A DNA stretch of 64,000 nucleotides from Squalus acanthias (taxonomy: Eukaryota): assembly GCA_030390025.1 (NCBI GenBank), contig CM059431.1:152956001-153020000 (forward strand), written 5' to 3'. Position numbers and translations under genes: made by a program. Positions 46,916 to 58,634 of this stretch are shown here, piece by piece; position 1 is the stretch's first letter; every line of letters begins with the position of its first letter. The notes below the pieces were generated by a model. It was not told the origin of the DNA. It saw only the letters and a program-made list of their open reading frames with translations, and did no database searches.

Positions 46916-49072
46916 ATGGCGAGCACATCTTCGTCGGTGGCGGGGGCAGCGAGGACGTATGCGAGCGTGGCAGCCGCGGCCACGGCCGCAGCCACGAGTC
47001 CTGCTGTTACCCCGTCACCATTTACCCTCCTAACGAGGAAGAATGGGGTCAAGAGCTACACTCACCCCAACATGACTATAGAGGCGTGCGTTAAAGCCAT
47101 GGCTGGGGTTGTCGGCCCTTCAGCCATCGTCGCCGCCTCTAAAATGTACGGCAAGGCTGTGTTCTTCCTGGGGTCGGAGCGGGCGGTGTCCCTGGCCATC
47201 GAGAAGGGGCTCACCGTGGGCGGGACCTTCCTGCCGGTGGAACCCCTTGAGGCCACCGCGCAAAGGATTGTGGTTTCCAACGTCCCGCCCTTTGTTCCGG
47301 GTGAGCTCCTCCTCCCCCACCTACATCAACTGGGGGAGGTGAGGTCGGGGATCACACCCATCCCGCTCGGCTTCCGGGAAGCCAGCCTTCGGCACGTCTT
47401 CTCCTTCCGGCGCCAGCTTTTCGTCCGGCTGGCGCGGGAGGAGGACGCGGATGGCGCGTTCACGGTGCTCCACGGGGGGACCGCCCACCTCGTCTTCTGG
47501 ACCTCGGACGGCGTGCGGTGCTACGCCTGTAAGGAGGTGGGGCAGGTCCGCAAAAACTGCCCCGCCTCCAAGGCCGCCACGACACCTGGCGCGGCCAGGG
47601 TTGGCGCCGCCGCCCCCCCTCCCCCTGATACAGTCCGCGCGTCGACGGCGACGGATGCGCGGTCGAAATCGGAGGGCAACACCACCACGGCCTCCGGCGG
47701 GGGGGAGGGAGAGCGTCCGGTGGGAAGGAAGGCGTGTAGGAAAAATAAACATCTAGGGGCGGATCCCCTCGCGGAGGAAACATCGGAGTTGACCGAACTC
47801 ACGCCCGAGTACATCGCGGAGTTGGTCGGGACGCATGAGACTGGGGGGGTCCTCGTGCCCGGGCCCGTGACCGTGACCGCAACTGCTGAGGCAGCTAAAG
47901 CAACACCTGCAGCCGGGCTCGGGCCCGAGGGGCCCAAGAAACCCAGTCGTCGGAAGGGGGCAGAGAGGGAGACCCCAGCAGACATGGAGGCCTCCCCCTC
48001 TCCGGGCCCCAACTTGTTAAAAAGAAAGCTCCGCCCCCAGCAGGAGGACTGCGAGGAGGAAGGTCCCTCCGCAAAAGGGGGGCAGTCGCCCGCAGCGGGT
48101 GCTGCGCCCCACCCCACCACCGTCATCGTCGCACGCGATCGGCGGGGGTCGTCTGTCCCTCGGGAGGGTGAGACAGCCGAGTCTGTCCCACCTGTGCCTC
48201 CCGGGGATGGGGAAGAGACCCTGCCCGTGGGGGGGGGGGGCGCGGAACAACCTGCGGAGGGAAATGTAGTTCCGGAACCGTTGCTCCTCGCCGGGTCGGG
48301 CGTCCTGGGGACTGGGGCGGGCGAGGCCAAAGAGGCTGAAGCCGAGCCCGCCTTTTATAACCCAGACATCTCCCAGGGACTGCTCGACCTGGTGGAGGAG
48401 TGTAGCAATCCCCAGCCCGCTGGGTCGGAGGTTGGTGGCGGGGAGACGGAAAGCCCCCTGACTCTGTCTCTGTTGTTGGCGCCGGACGTGCTGGAGGAAT
48501 TAGAGATTATTTTCTCCCCGGTTTCTCCGGTCGCTCCGGCGCCTGAGGCGGGGGGGGGGCCTGAACCGCCGCCGCCTCCCGGCCCGGCGCCCCTGAAGGA
48601 GCCCAGGGTGGACTCCTCTGCCACCGATCCTGGGGGTGGGATCGTGACGGAGGCGGAGCCGGCCGGTGCGGCCGAGCCGTTCGCTGCACTCCGTGTGACG
48701 GACGGGTTGGCCGCCGGTGACGACCTCCCGGAGGAGGACGGGGACTCGGTGTTGGGCAACGAGGACGATTTGGAGTCCATCAGCAGCGAGGCGATGGACG
48801 CCCTCGTGCCCTTCACCGACTCTCCCCTCATCCCCGTAGGGGAACTCCGGGATTTTATGGCCATGAGCCAGGGTCGTCACAAGAAGATCCGGCTGGCCCT
48901 CGACAAGTGGTCGGAGCTGGCGCTGCTCGTCGTGTCCGTCCGCGCCGCCGTTAAAATCATGGGCGCGGACAAGGACGTTGGCCGGCTCGAGCTGCGTCGG
49001 CTCAAGAGTTTCCACACTGGGCTGCTGAGGGAGTGGCGGTCGTCAGTGACCGCGCTCCCTCCCCTCCGTTAG
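46916..49072 (+). CDS. Tx1 ORF1 (gag-like nucleic-acid-binding protein), 718 aa
   Basis: RTYASVAA N-terminus; AASKMYGKAVFFL, VVSNVPPFV and RHVFSFRRQ motifs; zinc knuckle CYACKEVGQVRKNC (His replaced by Gln); long low-complexity C-terminal half. Confidence 0.92.
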   Translation: MASTSSSVAGAARTYASVAAAATAAATSPAVTPSPFTLLTRKNGVKSYTHPNMTIEACVKAMAGVVGPSAIVAASKMYGKAVFFLGSERAVSLAIEKGLTVGGTFLPVEPLEATAQRIVVSNVPPFVPGELLLPHLHQLGEVRSGITPIPLGFREASLRHVFSFRRQLFVRLAREEDADGAFTVLHGGTAHLVFWTSDGVRCYACKEVGQVRKNCPASKAATTPGAARVGAAAPPPPDTVRASTATDARSKSEGNTTTASGGGEGERPVGRKACRKNKHLGADPLAEETSELTELTPEYIAELVGTHETGGVLVPGPVTVTATAEAAKATPAAGLGPEGPKKPSRRKGAERETPADMEASPSPGPNLLKRKLRPQQEDCEEEGPSAKGGQSPAAGAAPHPTTVIVARDRRGSSVPREGETAESVPPVPPGDGEETLPVGGGGAEQPAEGNVVPEPLLLAGSGVLGTGAGEAKEAEAEPAFYNPDISQGLLDLVEECSNPQPAGSEVGGGETESPLTLSLLLAPDVLEELEIIFSPVSPVAPAPEAGGGPEPPPPPGPAPLKEPRVDSSATDPGGGIVTEAEPAGAAEPFAALRVTDGLAAGDDLPEEDGDSVLGNEDDLESISSEAMDALVPFTDSPLIPVGELRDFMAMSQGRHKKIRLALDKWSELALLVVSVRAAVKIMGADKDVGRLELRRLKSFHTGLLREWRSSVTALPPLR

Positions 49073-49097
49073 GTAGAGGTTGCACTATGCTTCTGAG

Positions 49098-52000
49098 ATG
49101 AAGATAACCATAGCCAGCCTCAACATCAACGGCAGCAGGGAGGCGCGCCGTAGATTCAATAACTTCTCGGTCCTTCGGGACGGGAAATATGCGGTGTGCT
49201 TCCTGCAAGAAACACACACCGTTCCGGGAGACGAGGCCACGTGGCTCCTGGAGTGGTAAGGAGGGGTCAGCATGAGTCACCTCTCTAACAATTCCTGCGG
49301 GGTGGCTGTCTTGCTGGCCCCGCATTTTCAGCCGGAGATCTTGAGGGTCAAGGAGCACGTGCCGGGCCGCTTGCTCCAGGTCACTGTTCGCCTGGGAGGC
49401 GTGCCGCTCCATTTAGTAAACGTGTACGCCCCCCGGACCGGTGTGCAGCAAGTGCGCTTCTGCAGAGAAGTGTCCGCTCTTCTGGGCTCCATCGACGTGG
49501 GCGAGTGCGTCATCCTCGGGGGGGATTTCAATTGTACCCTCGAGGCGCGGGACCGGTCGGGTCCCCCGCGAAGCCCGGCGGCGATGGAGAAGTTGCGGGA
49601 CCTGGTCGGGTCCTTCGACTTGGTGGACGTCTGGCGAAATCTCCATCCCGACTCCAGCGCCTTCACGAGCGTGAGGTCTGGAGGAGGAAGGTCCAGAATC
49701 GACCGCCTTTACATTTCCCGGGCGTACGTCTCCTGCGTTCCGGCGGCTTCCATGCGGCCGGTGCCGTGCACGGACCATCACCTGGTGTGGGCGGAGCTCG
49801 CTCCGCTGCGTGCGCGGGGGGGGTCCGCGTACTGGCATTTTAACAACCTGCTGCTGGAGGACGCGCGGTCCGGGATTCGTTTCGCCGGTTCTGGGCCGAC
49901 TGGAGAAGGAAGCGGGGAGGCTTCCCCTCCTTGAGGCTATGGTGGGACGTGGGCAAGGCTCACGTCCGCGTCTTCTGTCAGGAGTACGCGAAGGGGTCGA
50001 CCAAGAGGCGGGAGGCCCGGGTCGGGCGATTGGAGAAAGAAGTGCTCGACCTGGAGTCCCGTCTCGGTCAAGTCGTCGAGGACCCGGCCCTGCGGAAGGT
50101 GTACGAAGAGAAGAAGGGCGCGCTGAAGGACCTGCAGCTGGTCGGGTCCCGAGGCGCGTACGTGAGGTCGCGGATCCAGTTCCTGCGGGACCTGGACCGC
50201 GGCTCCCCCTTCTTCTACTCGCTGGAAAAAAGACGGGGGGTCCGTAAGCAGCTCTTGGGGCTGCTGGCCGACGACGGATCTCTGGTCTCGGATCCGGAGG
50301 GCATCAGCGTGGAGGCCCGGGCCTATTACGGGGCTCTGTTCTCTTCGGATCCGTCCAGCGAGGATGCGCGCAGAGTTTTGTGGGAGGACCTGCCGAAGGT
50401 CGGCCCGGAGGGCGCCGAGAATTTAGAAGCTCCGCTAAGCCTGGCGGAGCTGACCGGCGCCCTGCGCCAGCTCTCGAGGGGCAAGTCCCCGGGGCTGGAC
50501 GGGCTGACCGTGGAGTTCCACAGGGCGTTCTGGGACGTCTTGGGGGACGACTACGCGCGGGTCCCGGGGGAAAGTCTGGCGACCGGGGAGATGCCCCTCT
50601 CTTGGCGCAGGGCGGTCATCGTCCTGCTGCCCAAGAAGGGCGATCTCCGCCTACTTAAGAACTGGCGCCCGGTCTCCCTCCTCAGCACGGACTACAAAAT
50701 TTTCGCCAGGGCTATGTCTGCTCGCCTTGGCACCGTGCTGGCCCGTATGATCCACCCCGACCAGTCCTACACGGTCCCGGGCCGGAGTATCCACGATAAC
50801 ATCCATCTGGTCCGGGATCTGGTCCACCATTCCCAGAGGGCTGGTCTGTCGGTCGCCTTCCTTTCCCTAGATCAGGAGAAGGCGTTCGACAGGGTGGATC
50901 ACGAGTATCTTTTCGGGACTCTGCGCGCATTCGGGTTCGGGACGCATTTCGTCGCCCGGATCCGACTTCTGTACGCCGCCGCGGAGTGTCTCATTAAAGT
51001 TAACGGGTCTTTGACGGCGCCCCTTCGCTTCGGGAGGGGGGTGCGTCAGGGATGCCCCATGTCCGGTCAGTTATACGCCGTTTGCGTGGAGCCTTTCCTG
51101 CGCCTCTTGCGGAAGAGGTTGACGGGACTGGCTCTGCAAGGGCCGGGCGTGGAGGTGGTCCTCTCGGCTTACGCCGATGACGTGCTCCTCGCGATCACGG
51201 ATCCCGTCGACTTGCGGAGGATGCGAGAATGCCAGCAGATTTACTCGGACGCATCCTCCGCCAAGATCAACTGGGAGAAATGTTCTGGACTCCTGGTGGG
51301 CCCATGGCAGGTGGACTCCCTGCCGGAGGAGTTCGGGCCTTTCGCCTGGAGCACCACGCACCTCCTCTACCTGGGAGTCTACCTCAGCCCGGCCGAGGAC
51401 GCCTGGCCGGCGAACTGGCAAGAGCTGGAGGCCAAAGTCACCGCTCGCCTAGGGCGCTGGACAGGACTGCTCCGAGTGTTGTCCTACAGGGGTCGAGCGC
51501 TGGTCATAAACCAGCTGGTGGCCGCCATGTTGTGGTACCGGTTGGTCACTTTGATCCCTCCCCCTGCGTTTGTCGCCAAGATGCAGAAGAAGCTCGTCGA
51601 CTTCTTCTGGGACAAAAGGAAGCACTGGGTCTCTGCCGTGGTTTTGAGTCTCCCGCTTAGGGAGGGCGGTCAGGCGCTGGTGTGCCTTCGCACCCAGGCG
51701 GCGACTTTCCGTCTTCAGACGCTGCAGAGATACCTGTACGTGGAGAATCCCCCTCGTTGGCGTGCGCTGGCGACGTATTTCTTCCGCCAGCTGCACGGCC
51801 TCAATTACGACACGCAGCTCCTGTTTGTGAGAGTGGGTGGCATGCGTGCCAGCCTGCGGGAGCTGCCTGTCTTCTACCAGGAACTGCTATGGGTTTGGAA
51901 CAGCGTCGCCTCCGAGCGCAGTTCTCCCCCGTCAGGAGCGGCGGCCGTCCTTCGGGAGCCGCTGTTCAGGAATCCGCACCTCCACGAGCGCGGGTTCGGC

Positions 52001-52996
52001 TGGCTGGCGGAGGGTAGGGCTGTGCCCGGTAAGGTGACCAGAGTCGGGGACCTGCTCGATGGCGGAGGAGCGGGCTGGATGGCGCCGGAGGAGTTGGCGA
52101 GGCGCATGTCCTGGGTCAACGTCCGGCTCGCGGTCAAAGCCATCGAGTCGCTAAAAGTGGCACTGGGCCCCGTCTCCACTAGGTGTATCGAGGAGGCTCA
52201 AGCACGTGGGGCGATCCCGTCCGAACTGACCCCCGTTCGGACGGAATTCCTTATCGGCGCCCGGCCCCGAATCCTCCCTCGGGAGCCGCCGCCTCACCAC
52301 TTGAGCCTTCTCGGAGAAATGCCCTCCGTGCCCTTTCAATCCGCACGGAGGCGTTTCCTGTACGGGCTGCTCCTGCACACTCTCCACTTTGCCATCTTCG
52401 TCTGCCGTCCGGACACGCCTTGGCGTACCATCCTGCCGTCCGGCGGAGGCGAAGGTCCCCATTGGAAGGCTCTCTACGTGGGAGTCTTCCCTTGTTCTAT
52501 TGGGGACTTGGCCTGGAGGGTGTTGCACGGAGCAGTCCCGTGCAATAGGATTTTAAGTAGGTTTACGGACTCCCAGGCTGCTTGTCATTTCTGCGGCCTG
52601 GAGGAGTCCGTCTATCACATTTATATTGAGTGTGAGAGGTTGCAGCCCCTCTTTCATTATTTGAAGGGGCTGCTCCTCAATTTCTGGTTGCACTTCAGCC
52701 CCACGCTCCTGATCTACGGTCACCCGGTGCGGAGGGGAGCGGGTAGGTCGGAGGACCTCCTCGTAGGACTGCTCCTGGGCCTGGCCAAGAAAGCCATTAA
52801 TTGGTCCAGGCAGCGGGCGGTCGAGGGGGTCGTTCGGCCCGATTGCCTGCCTCTCTTCCGCGGCCATGTTCGCGCCCGGGTGGCCCTGGAGATGGAGCAC
52901 GCGGTGTCCGCCGGCACGCTTGAGTTTTTCCGCGACCGGTGGGCGCCGCGGGGGCTGGAGTGCATCGTCACCCCGGACTTCCAAATTTTGATTTGA
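49098..52996 (+). pseudogene. Tx1 ORF2 (AP endonuclease, RT, CCHC) with one nonsense codon and one frameshift
   Basis: Starts MKITIASLNING...FLQETH. TAA at 49257-49259; GGDFN, SRIDRLY, TDHH; 1-nt deletion near 49869; then NWRPVSLL, LDQEKAFDRV, GVRQGCP, AYADD and CHFCGLEESVYHIYIEC. Confidence 0.95.
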
Positions 52997-53139
52997 TTTA
53001 TTAAGTTTCATTTAAAGTTTTAATTGATTTACAGTAAATTTTGATTTGTTCAACCAAAAAGAGCAACACCAGGTTATAGTCCAAACGCTTTATTAGAAAT
53101 CACAAGCTTTCCGAGCGCTACACCTTCGTCAGGTTCACT

Positions 53140-53176
53140 TCACCTGACGAAGGAGCAGCGCTCCGCAAGCTTGTGA
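53140..53176 (+). ncRNA. Minimal hammerhead ribozyme motif (GAAA mutated to GCAA); antisense twin at 53100-53134
   Basis: TCAC-CTGACGA-A-GGAG-CAGCG-CTCC-GCAA-GCTT-GTGA, with stem I TCAC/GTGA and stem II GGAG/CTCC. The minus-strand arm keeps GAAA but has stem II mismatches. Confidence 0.7.
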
Positions 53177-53433
53177 TTTCTAATAAAGCTGTTGGACTAT
53201 AACCTGGTGTTGTGCGACTTCTCACATTTGTCCACCCCAGTTCAACACCAGCATCTCTACATCACAATCTCTCATCATACGTCATACCTGCCATCCCAGG
53301 TATCAGACTGGTCAATCTTCGCAGCACTCCCTCCAAGGCAAGAACATCCTTTCTCAGATAAGGCGACCAAAACTGCACACATTACTCAAGGTGTTGTCTC
53401 ACCAAGGCCCTGAACAGCTGCAGCAAGACATCC

Positions 53434-53736
53434 ATGTTAGCGTAGGGTCACCACGAGTAATTTTTGAGTAGGTTCACCACCAGCAAATTTAGATTAGTTT
53501 CACCACTAATATTAGAGTAGTGTCTCCAACAGTAATGTTAGAGCAGAGTCAACTCAATCATGTTAAAGACGGGTCACCATCATGTAATATTAGCGTAGGT
53601 TCACCACAAGCCATGGTAGAGTAGGGTCAACACCAGTAATGTTACAGTAGTGTCAACACCAGTAATGTTACAGTAGTGTCAACACCAGTAATGTTATAGT
53701 AGCGTCACCACCAGTAATGTTAGAGTAGGGTCACCA
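53434..53736. repeat. ~26-bp minisatellite
   Basis: Tandem GTAATGTTA(G/C)AGTAG(G/T)GTCA(C/A)CACCA units, best conserved at 53630-53736. Confidence 0.88.
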
Positions 53737-53984
53737 GTGTTCAGTGTATCAGGTAGTTCTATAGTGTTGTGGCTGACTACTGCCATCAGCTTTTTAACTG
53801 CCAGACTGGCAAACATCGCGCATTATGTCGCCACAGAAACCAGATATCTGCTCATGTATTTGAGTTCCTGTACAAACACCTGTATTTATGCAGCGACACA
53901 AACCAAATTCATGGAAGAGTTTCGAAGTTGGTGAAATCTCTTTGTACATTGATTCTGATATTGGTTAATAAAATGAAGAAATAA
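53737..53984 (+). pseudogene. 3' remnant (TM6-TM7 and tail) of a GPR139-like class A GPCR
   Basis: FSVSGSSIVLWLTT...LLMYLSSCTNTCIYAATQTKFMEEF, then frameshift to VKSLCTLILILVNKMKK*. The 5' part is absent and the minisatellite abuts it. Confidence 0.75.
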
Positions 53985-54579
53985 ACCATAGCTTCCTGTT
54001 CTAACTAGAGCTCAATTACAGCTCGTGTTCCGTTTTAGAATGGAAATCTTTCCCTTGGGATAAAAGCGGATAGTTCTTGTGAAAATTAACAGGTTTCAGG
54101 AAATATTTCTCCAATTTTGTGCCGTGTGTTTGATGTCTGCTGCTTTCAACGGGTGAACATAATCGATTCCCAGTAAAACAGAGCCCTTTCCGCTCAAGAT
54201 TCAAAGAGAACAATAATGATTGAACTTCAGCTGTGGAGTAGAACATGTGGACGTCAGCTTTAACTGTCTCACACCGCAGATACTGGAATAAGACGCTCAG
54301 TTTAATTAACAGATAAAGCTTTATCTAATGTAGAACCAACGAATGATTTTACAATCCTGGTTATTTTAATTGTTCTCTAATCTTCGTGCGAACGTTCTGG
54401 GCGCTGGACTCTCCATCAGCCTCCGCCCCCCATTGTCTCCTGGACCAACAGAACGGGGCCCTGTCTCCTGATCTGTGTCTAATGATGGAGACAGTAGGAA
54501 CTTGACTGGTCAATGTGACATTAGATATTTTTGTTTACAGATATTTACTTAAAATCACAACTTTTCATCACAATGTAGG

Positions 54580-54900
54580 AATGTTATAACTGGGGTATTG
54601 AGCATTCGACCCAACCAGTCCCTGCCGCAGTTCACCATCCACCCGAGCAAATATTTCCAATCCCTTTACCGGCTCTGCCTCGACATGTCTTCGATCTATT
54701 TTCATTCATCCATCTATCCAATTTCATCTTGAATATTGGAATAATTTCTGAGTCTGTGAATTCCACAGCCGTATGGCTCTCCGCGTACAGAGATTCCTCC
54801 TAACCTCAGTTCTATATGTCTTACATTTATTATTTAATATATGGCCGTTATTTCTAGATGCCTCAATTAATGGAAGTAGTCTGCGTGTATCGATTCAATC
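54580..54900 (-). mobile_element. Old, highly diverged CR1-like 3' end
   Basis: GAATTCCACAG...AGATTCCTCCTAACCTCAGTTCTA resembles the minus-strand CR1 3' coding end; boundaries approximate. Confidence 0.5.
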
Positions 54901-55019
54901 CCGAAACATCGGGACCAGGCATGGAGAGATTACAATGAAACACCTTCAGATATCCAATCTTTAGATAGATGTGATGTGTTGCTCGTGAATGCACGAGATT
55001 TGCATGATGAAGATGCCCT

Positions 55020-56131
55020 GAAGAATGGGTCCAAGTCATGGATTTCAAAAGGGAAAATTTTGTTTGACCAACCTTATTGAATTTTTTGAAGAGTTACCAT
55101 AGAGAGTCGACAAGGGGAATGTAGTAGATGTAATTTATCTAGATTTACAGAAGGCCTTCGATAAGGTACCACAAAATAGAGTAATGAATAAGGTCAGAGA
55201 ATGCGGAGTCGAGTTACAATTAGCAGAATGGATTGCTAGCTGGTTTCAAGTCAGAAAGCAGAGCGTGGGAGTAAAGGATGGAGATTCACAGTGGTAGAAG
55301 TTGGCTCGTGGTGTTCCACAAGTATCAGTGCTGGGAGCACTGCTGTTCCCAATTTAAATTAACGATTTAGACTTTGGAATCAAAAACACAATTTCTAAAT
55401 TTGTGGATTATACCAAATTGGGGGTGATAGTCAATATTGAGGAGGACTGGAAAAAATTACAGGAGGGCATTAATAAACTTGCAGAGTGGGCAAATAATTG
55501 GCAAATGAAATTTAACACAGACAAATGTGAGGTATTACATTTAGGTAGGAAGAATAGGGAGGTCACTTATCACTTGGAGCATGGGAGACTAGGTGGGGTA
55601 GAGGAACAAAGGGATCTAGGAATTCCAATGTAAAAATCACGTAAATTTGCGCCACAGGTTAGCAAGGCCATTAAAAATGCAAACCAAGCGCTGGGGTTTA
55701 TTTCTGGAGGGATATAATTGAAAAGCATGGAAGTTATGCTAAACCTGTATCGAACCTTGGTTAGACCACACTTAGAATACTGCGTGCAGTTCTGGTCGCC
55801 ATATTATAAAAAAGGATATAGAGGCACTTGATAGATTGCAGAGAAGATTTACAAGGATGATACCAGAAATGTGAGGGTATACATATCAGGAAAGGATGAA
55901 CAGTCTGGGCCACTTCTCTGTTCAATAAAGAAGGTTGAGGATTGAACTAATAGAGGTCTATAAAATTGTGAAAGGATTTGATAGAGTGGATACAGAGACA
56001 ACGTTACAAATTGTGGGGAAGTGTATAACTGGAGGCCATCAATATAAGATAGTCAACAAGACATCCAACAGGTAATTCAGAAGAAACTTCATTACCCAAA
56101 GCGTGGTGAGAATGTGGAACTCGCTGCCACA
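55020..56131 (+). mobile_element. Degenerate CR1 RT fragment
   Basis: YLDLQKAFDKVP, WQMKFNTDKCEVLH and [11 protein letters not shown] readable, with stops. Confidence 0.9.
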
Positions 56132-58416
56132 GAACATAAGAACATAGTAAGATGTAGGAGCAGGTGTAAGTCATTTGGCGCCTCGAGCCTGCTCTGCAAT
56201 TCATTAAGTTCAGGGCCGATATGACCTTGGCCTCAACTCCACTTCCGTGCCCGCTCCCCATAACCCTTGACTCCCTCACCAATCAAAAATATGTTTATCT
56301 CCATCTTAAATATATTTAATGACCCAACCTCCACTGCTTTCTGGGGAACAGAATACCAAAGATTCACGACCATCTGAGAGAAGAAATTCCTACTCATTTC
56401 CGTTTTAAATGGGTGCCCCCTTATTCTGAAACTATGCCCCCTATTTCTAGATTCCCCCACGAGTGGAAACACCCTCTCTGCATCTACCCTGTCAAGTCCC
56501 TTCAGAATCTTATATGTTTCAATAAAATCGCCTCTCATTCTTCTAAATTCCAATGAGTATAGGCCCAACCTGCTCAACCTTTCTTCATAAGACAGCCCCT
56601 TCATCTACGGAATCAACCTCGTGAACCTTCTCTGAACTGCCTCCAATGCAAGTATATCCTTCCTTCAATAACGAGACCAAATCTGTACGCAGTACTCCAG
56701 GTGTAGTCTCACCAACGACCTGTACAGTTGTAACAGGATTTCTCTGCTTTTATACTCCATTTCCTTTGCAATAAATGCCAACATTCCATTTGCCTCCCTA
56801 ATTACTTGCTGTACCTGCATGCCAACTTTTTGTGATTCATGTGCAAGTTCCCCCAGATCCCTCTGTACCTCAGCATTTTTTAATCTCTCCCTATTTAAAT
56901 AATAATTTGCTTTTTTATTTTTCCTACCAAACTGGATAACCTCCCATTTTCCCAAATTATATTCCATTTGCCAGATTTTTGCCCACTCACTTCGTTTATC
57001 TATATACCTTTGGAGATCCTTTGCGTCCTCCACACAGTTTGCTTTCCCACCTATCTTTGTATCTTCTGCAAACTTTGCCACATTACACTCGGTCCCTTCA
57101 TCCAAATCATTAATATAGATTGTAACTAGTTGAGGCCCCAGCACTAATCCCTGCGGCACCCCACTGGTTACAGTTTGCGAACCTGAAAATGACCCATTTA
57201 TCCCGACTCTCTGTTTTCTGTTTGTTAGCCAATTCCCTATCCATGCTAATATATTACCACCAACCCCGTGAGCTCTTATCTTGTGCAGTAACCTTTTACA
57301 TGGCACCTTATCGAATGCCTTCTGTAAATCCAAATACACGACATATATTGGTTCCCTTTTGTCCACCCTGCTCGTTACACCCTCAAAGAAATCCAGAAAA
57401 TTTGTCAAACATGATTTACCTTTCATAAAACCATGCTGACTCTGCTTGACTATATTATGATTTTCTAAATGTCATGCTACCACTTCCTTAATGATGGACT
57501 CCAGCATTTTCCCAATGACAGATGTTCGGCTAACTGGTCTATAGTTGCTTGCTTTCAGTCTCCCTCCTTTCTTAAATAGAGCCGTTACATATGCGGTTTT
57601 CAAGTCCGCTGGGACCTCTTCAGAATCCAGGGAATTTTGGTAGATTACAACCAAACCATTCACTATCTCTGCAGTCACCTCTTGTAAGACCCGAGGATGC
57701 AGGCCATCGGGTCCAGGGGACCTGTCCACCTTTAGTCCCATTAGATTGCCTAATAATTTTTCTCTAGTGATAGTGATTTTTTAAGTCCCCCCCCCCACCA
57801 CCACAATAGTCCCTTGATTATCCATTATTGGGATGTTTTTAGTGTCTTCTACCGTGAAGCCCGATAACAAATATTTGTTCAAGTCTCTGGCATTTCCCTG
57901 TTTGCCACTATTAATTCCGCAGACTCATCCTCTAGCGAACCAACGTTTACTTTGGCTACTCTCTTCCTTTTTGTATACCTGTAGAAGCTCTTACTGTCTG
58001 TTTTTATATTTCTTGCTAGCTTACTCTCATAAGCTATCCTCTCTCTCTATCATTTTTTTAGTCGTCCGTCTATTGCTGGTTTTTTAAAAATTCCCAATCC
58101 TCTGGCGTTCCACTATTTTTCGCAACATTGTATGCTTTATTTTCAATTTGATACCATCCTTTACTTCCTTAGTTAGCCCCGGATGTTTCATCCTTCTCTG
58201 AGAGTCTTTCTTTCTCATTGGAATATACCTTTGCTGAGAGTTATGAAATATCTCCTTAAATATTTGCCACTGCTTTTATACAGTCCTACACTGTAATATA
58301 TTTTCCCACTCCATCGTAACCAAGTTTGCCTTCATACCTTTGTAATTATATTTATTTAAGTTCAGCACACTAGTTTGAGAACTAGCTTTCTCACCCACAA
58401 ACTGAATTTGAAATTC
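56132..58416 (-). mobile_element. CR1 LINE, 5'-truncated
   Basis: TTCTTATG tail at ~56132; ORFs 56233-56604, 56665-57426 and 57472-57741 carry RT motifs. Confidence 0.93.
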
Positions 58417-58419
58417 AGG

Positions 58420-58634
58420 GCGAGATTGAAGCGAATAGTATGTATAGAAGCATTTAAGGGGAGGGGAATCTAAAGAAGCATATGAGGGAGAAGCGAATAG
58501 AGGGCTATGCTGATAGATTTAGATTGGGAATAACAGGAATAGATTCAAGTGGAGCATGAACAGCATTATGGACTGCTGGGGCCGCATGGTCTGTTTCTGT
58601 GCCGTATATCCTATGTAATGCTATGTAATCCTAT
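58420..58634 (+). mobile_element. 3' tail fragment of another CR1 subfamily
   Basis: Ends GGGCCGCATGGTCTGTTTCTGTGCCGTA followed by (CTATGTAAT)n. Confidence 0.75.

Larger units (their letters stand above)
45934..53063 (+). mobile_element. Tx1-clade non-LTR retrotransposon, apparently full length (7130 bp)
   Basis: ~980-bp 5' UTR, ORF1, APE-RT-CCHC ORF2, short AT-rich 3' end ending AAAAAGAG. GC/CpG-rich. Flanked by a 46-bp duplication (45888-45933, 53064-53109; 43/46 identical). Confidence 0.93.
45872..53264 (+). mobile_element. Penelope-like hairpin element split by Tx1 (pieces 45872-45933 and 53064-53264)
   Basis: Same family as 33846-34045; inverted arms, tail TCCACCCCAGTTCAACACCAGCATCTCTACATCA, 13-bp TSD in the host CR1. 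Confidence 0.87.

Noticed and set aside
47062..53011. Many overlapping ORFs within Tx1
   Set aside because: Expected in GC-rich coding DNA; no recognisable motifs.
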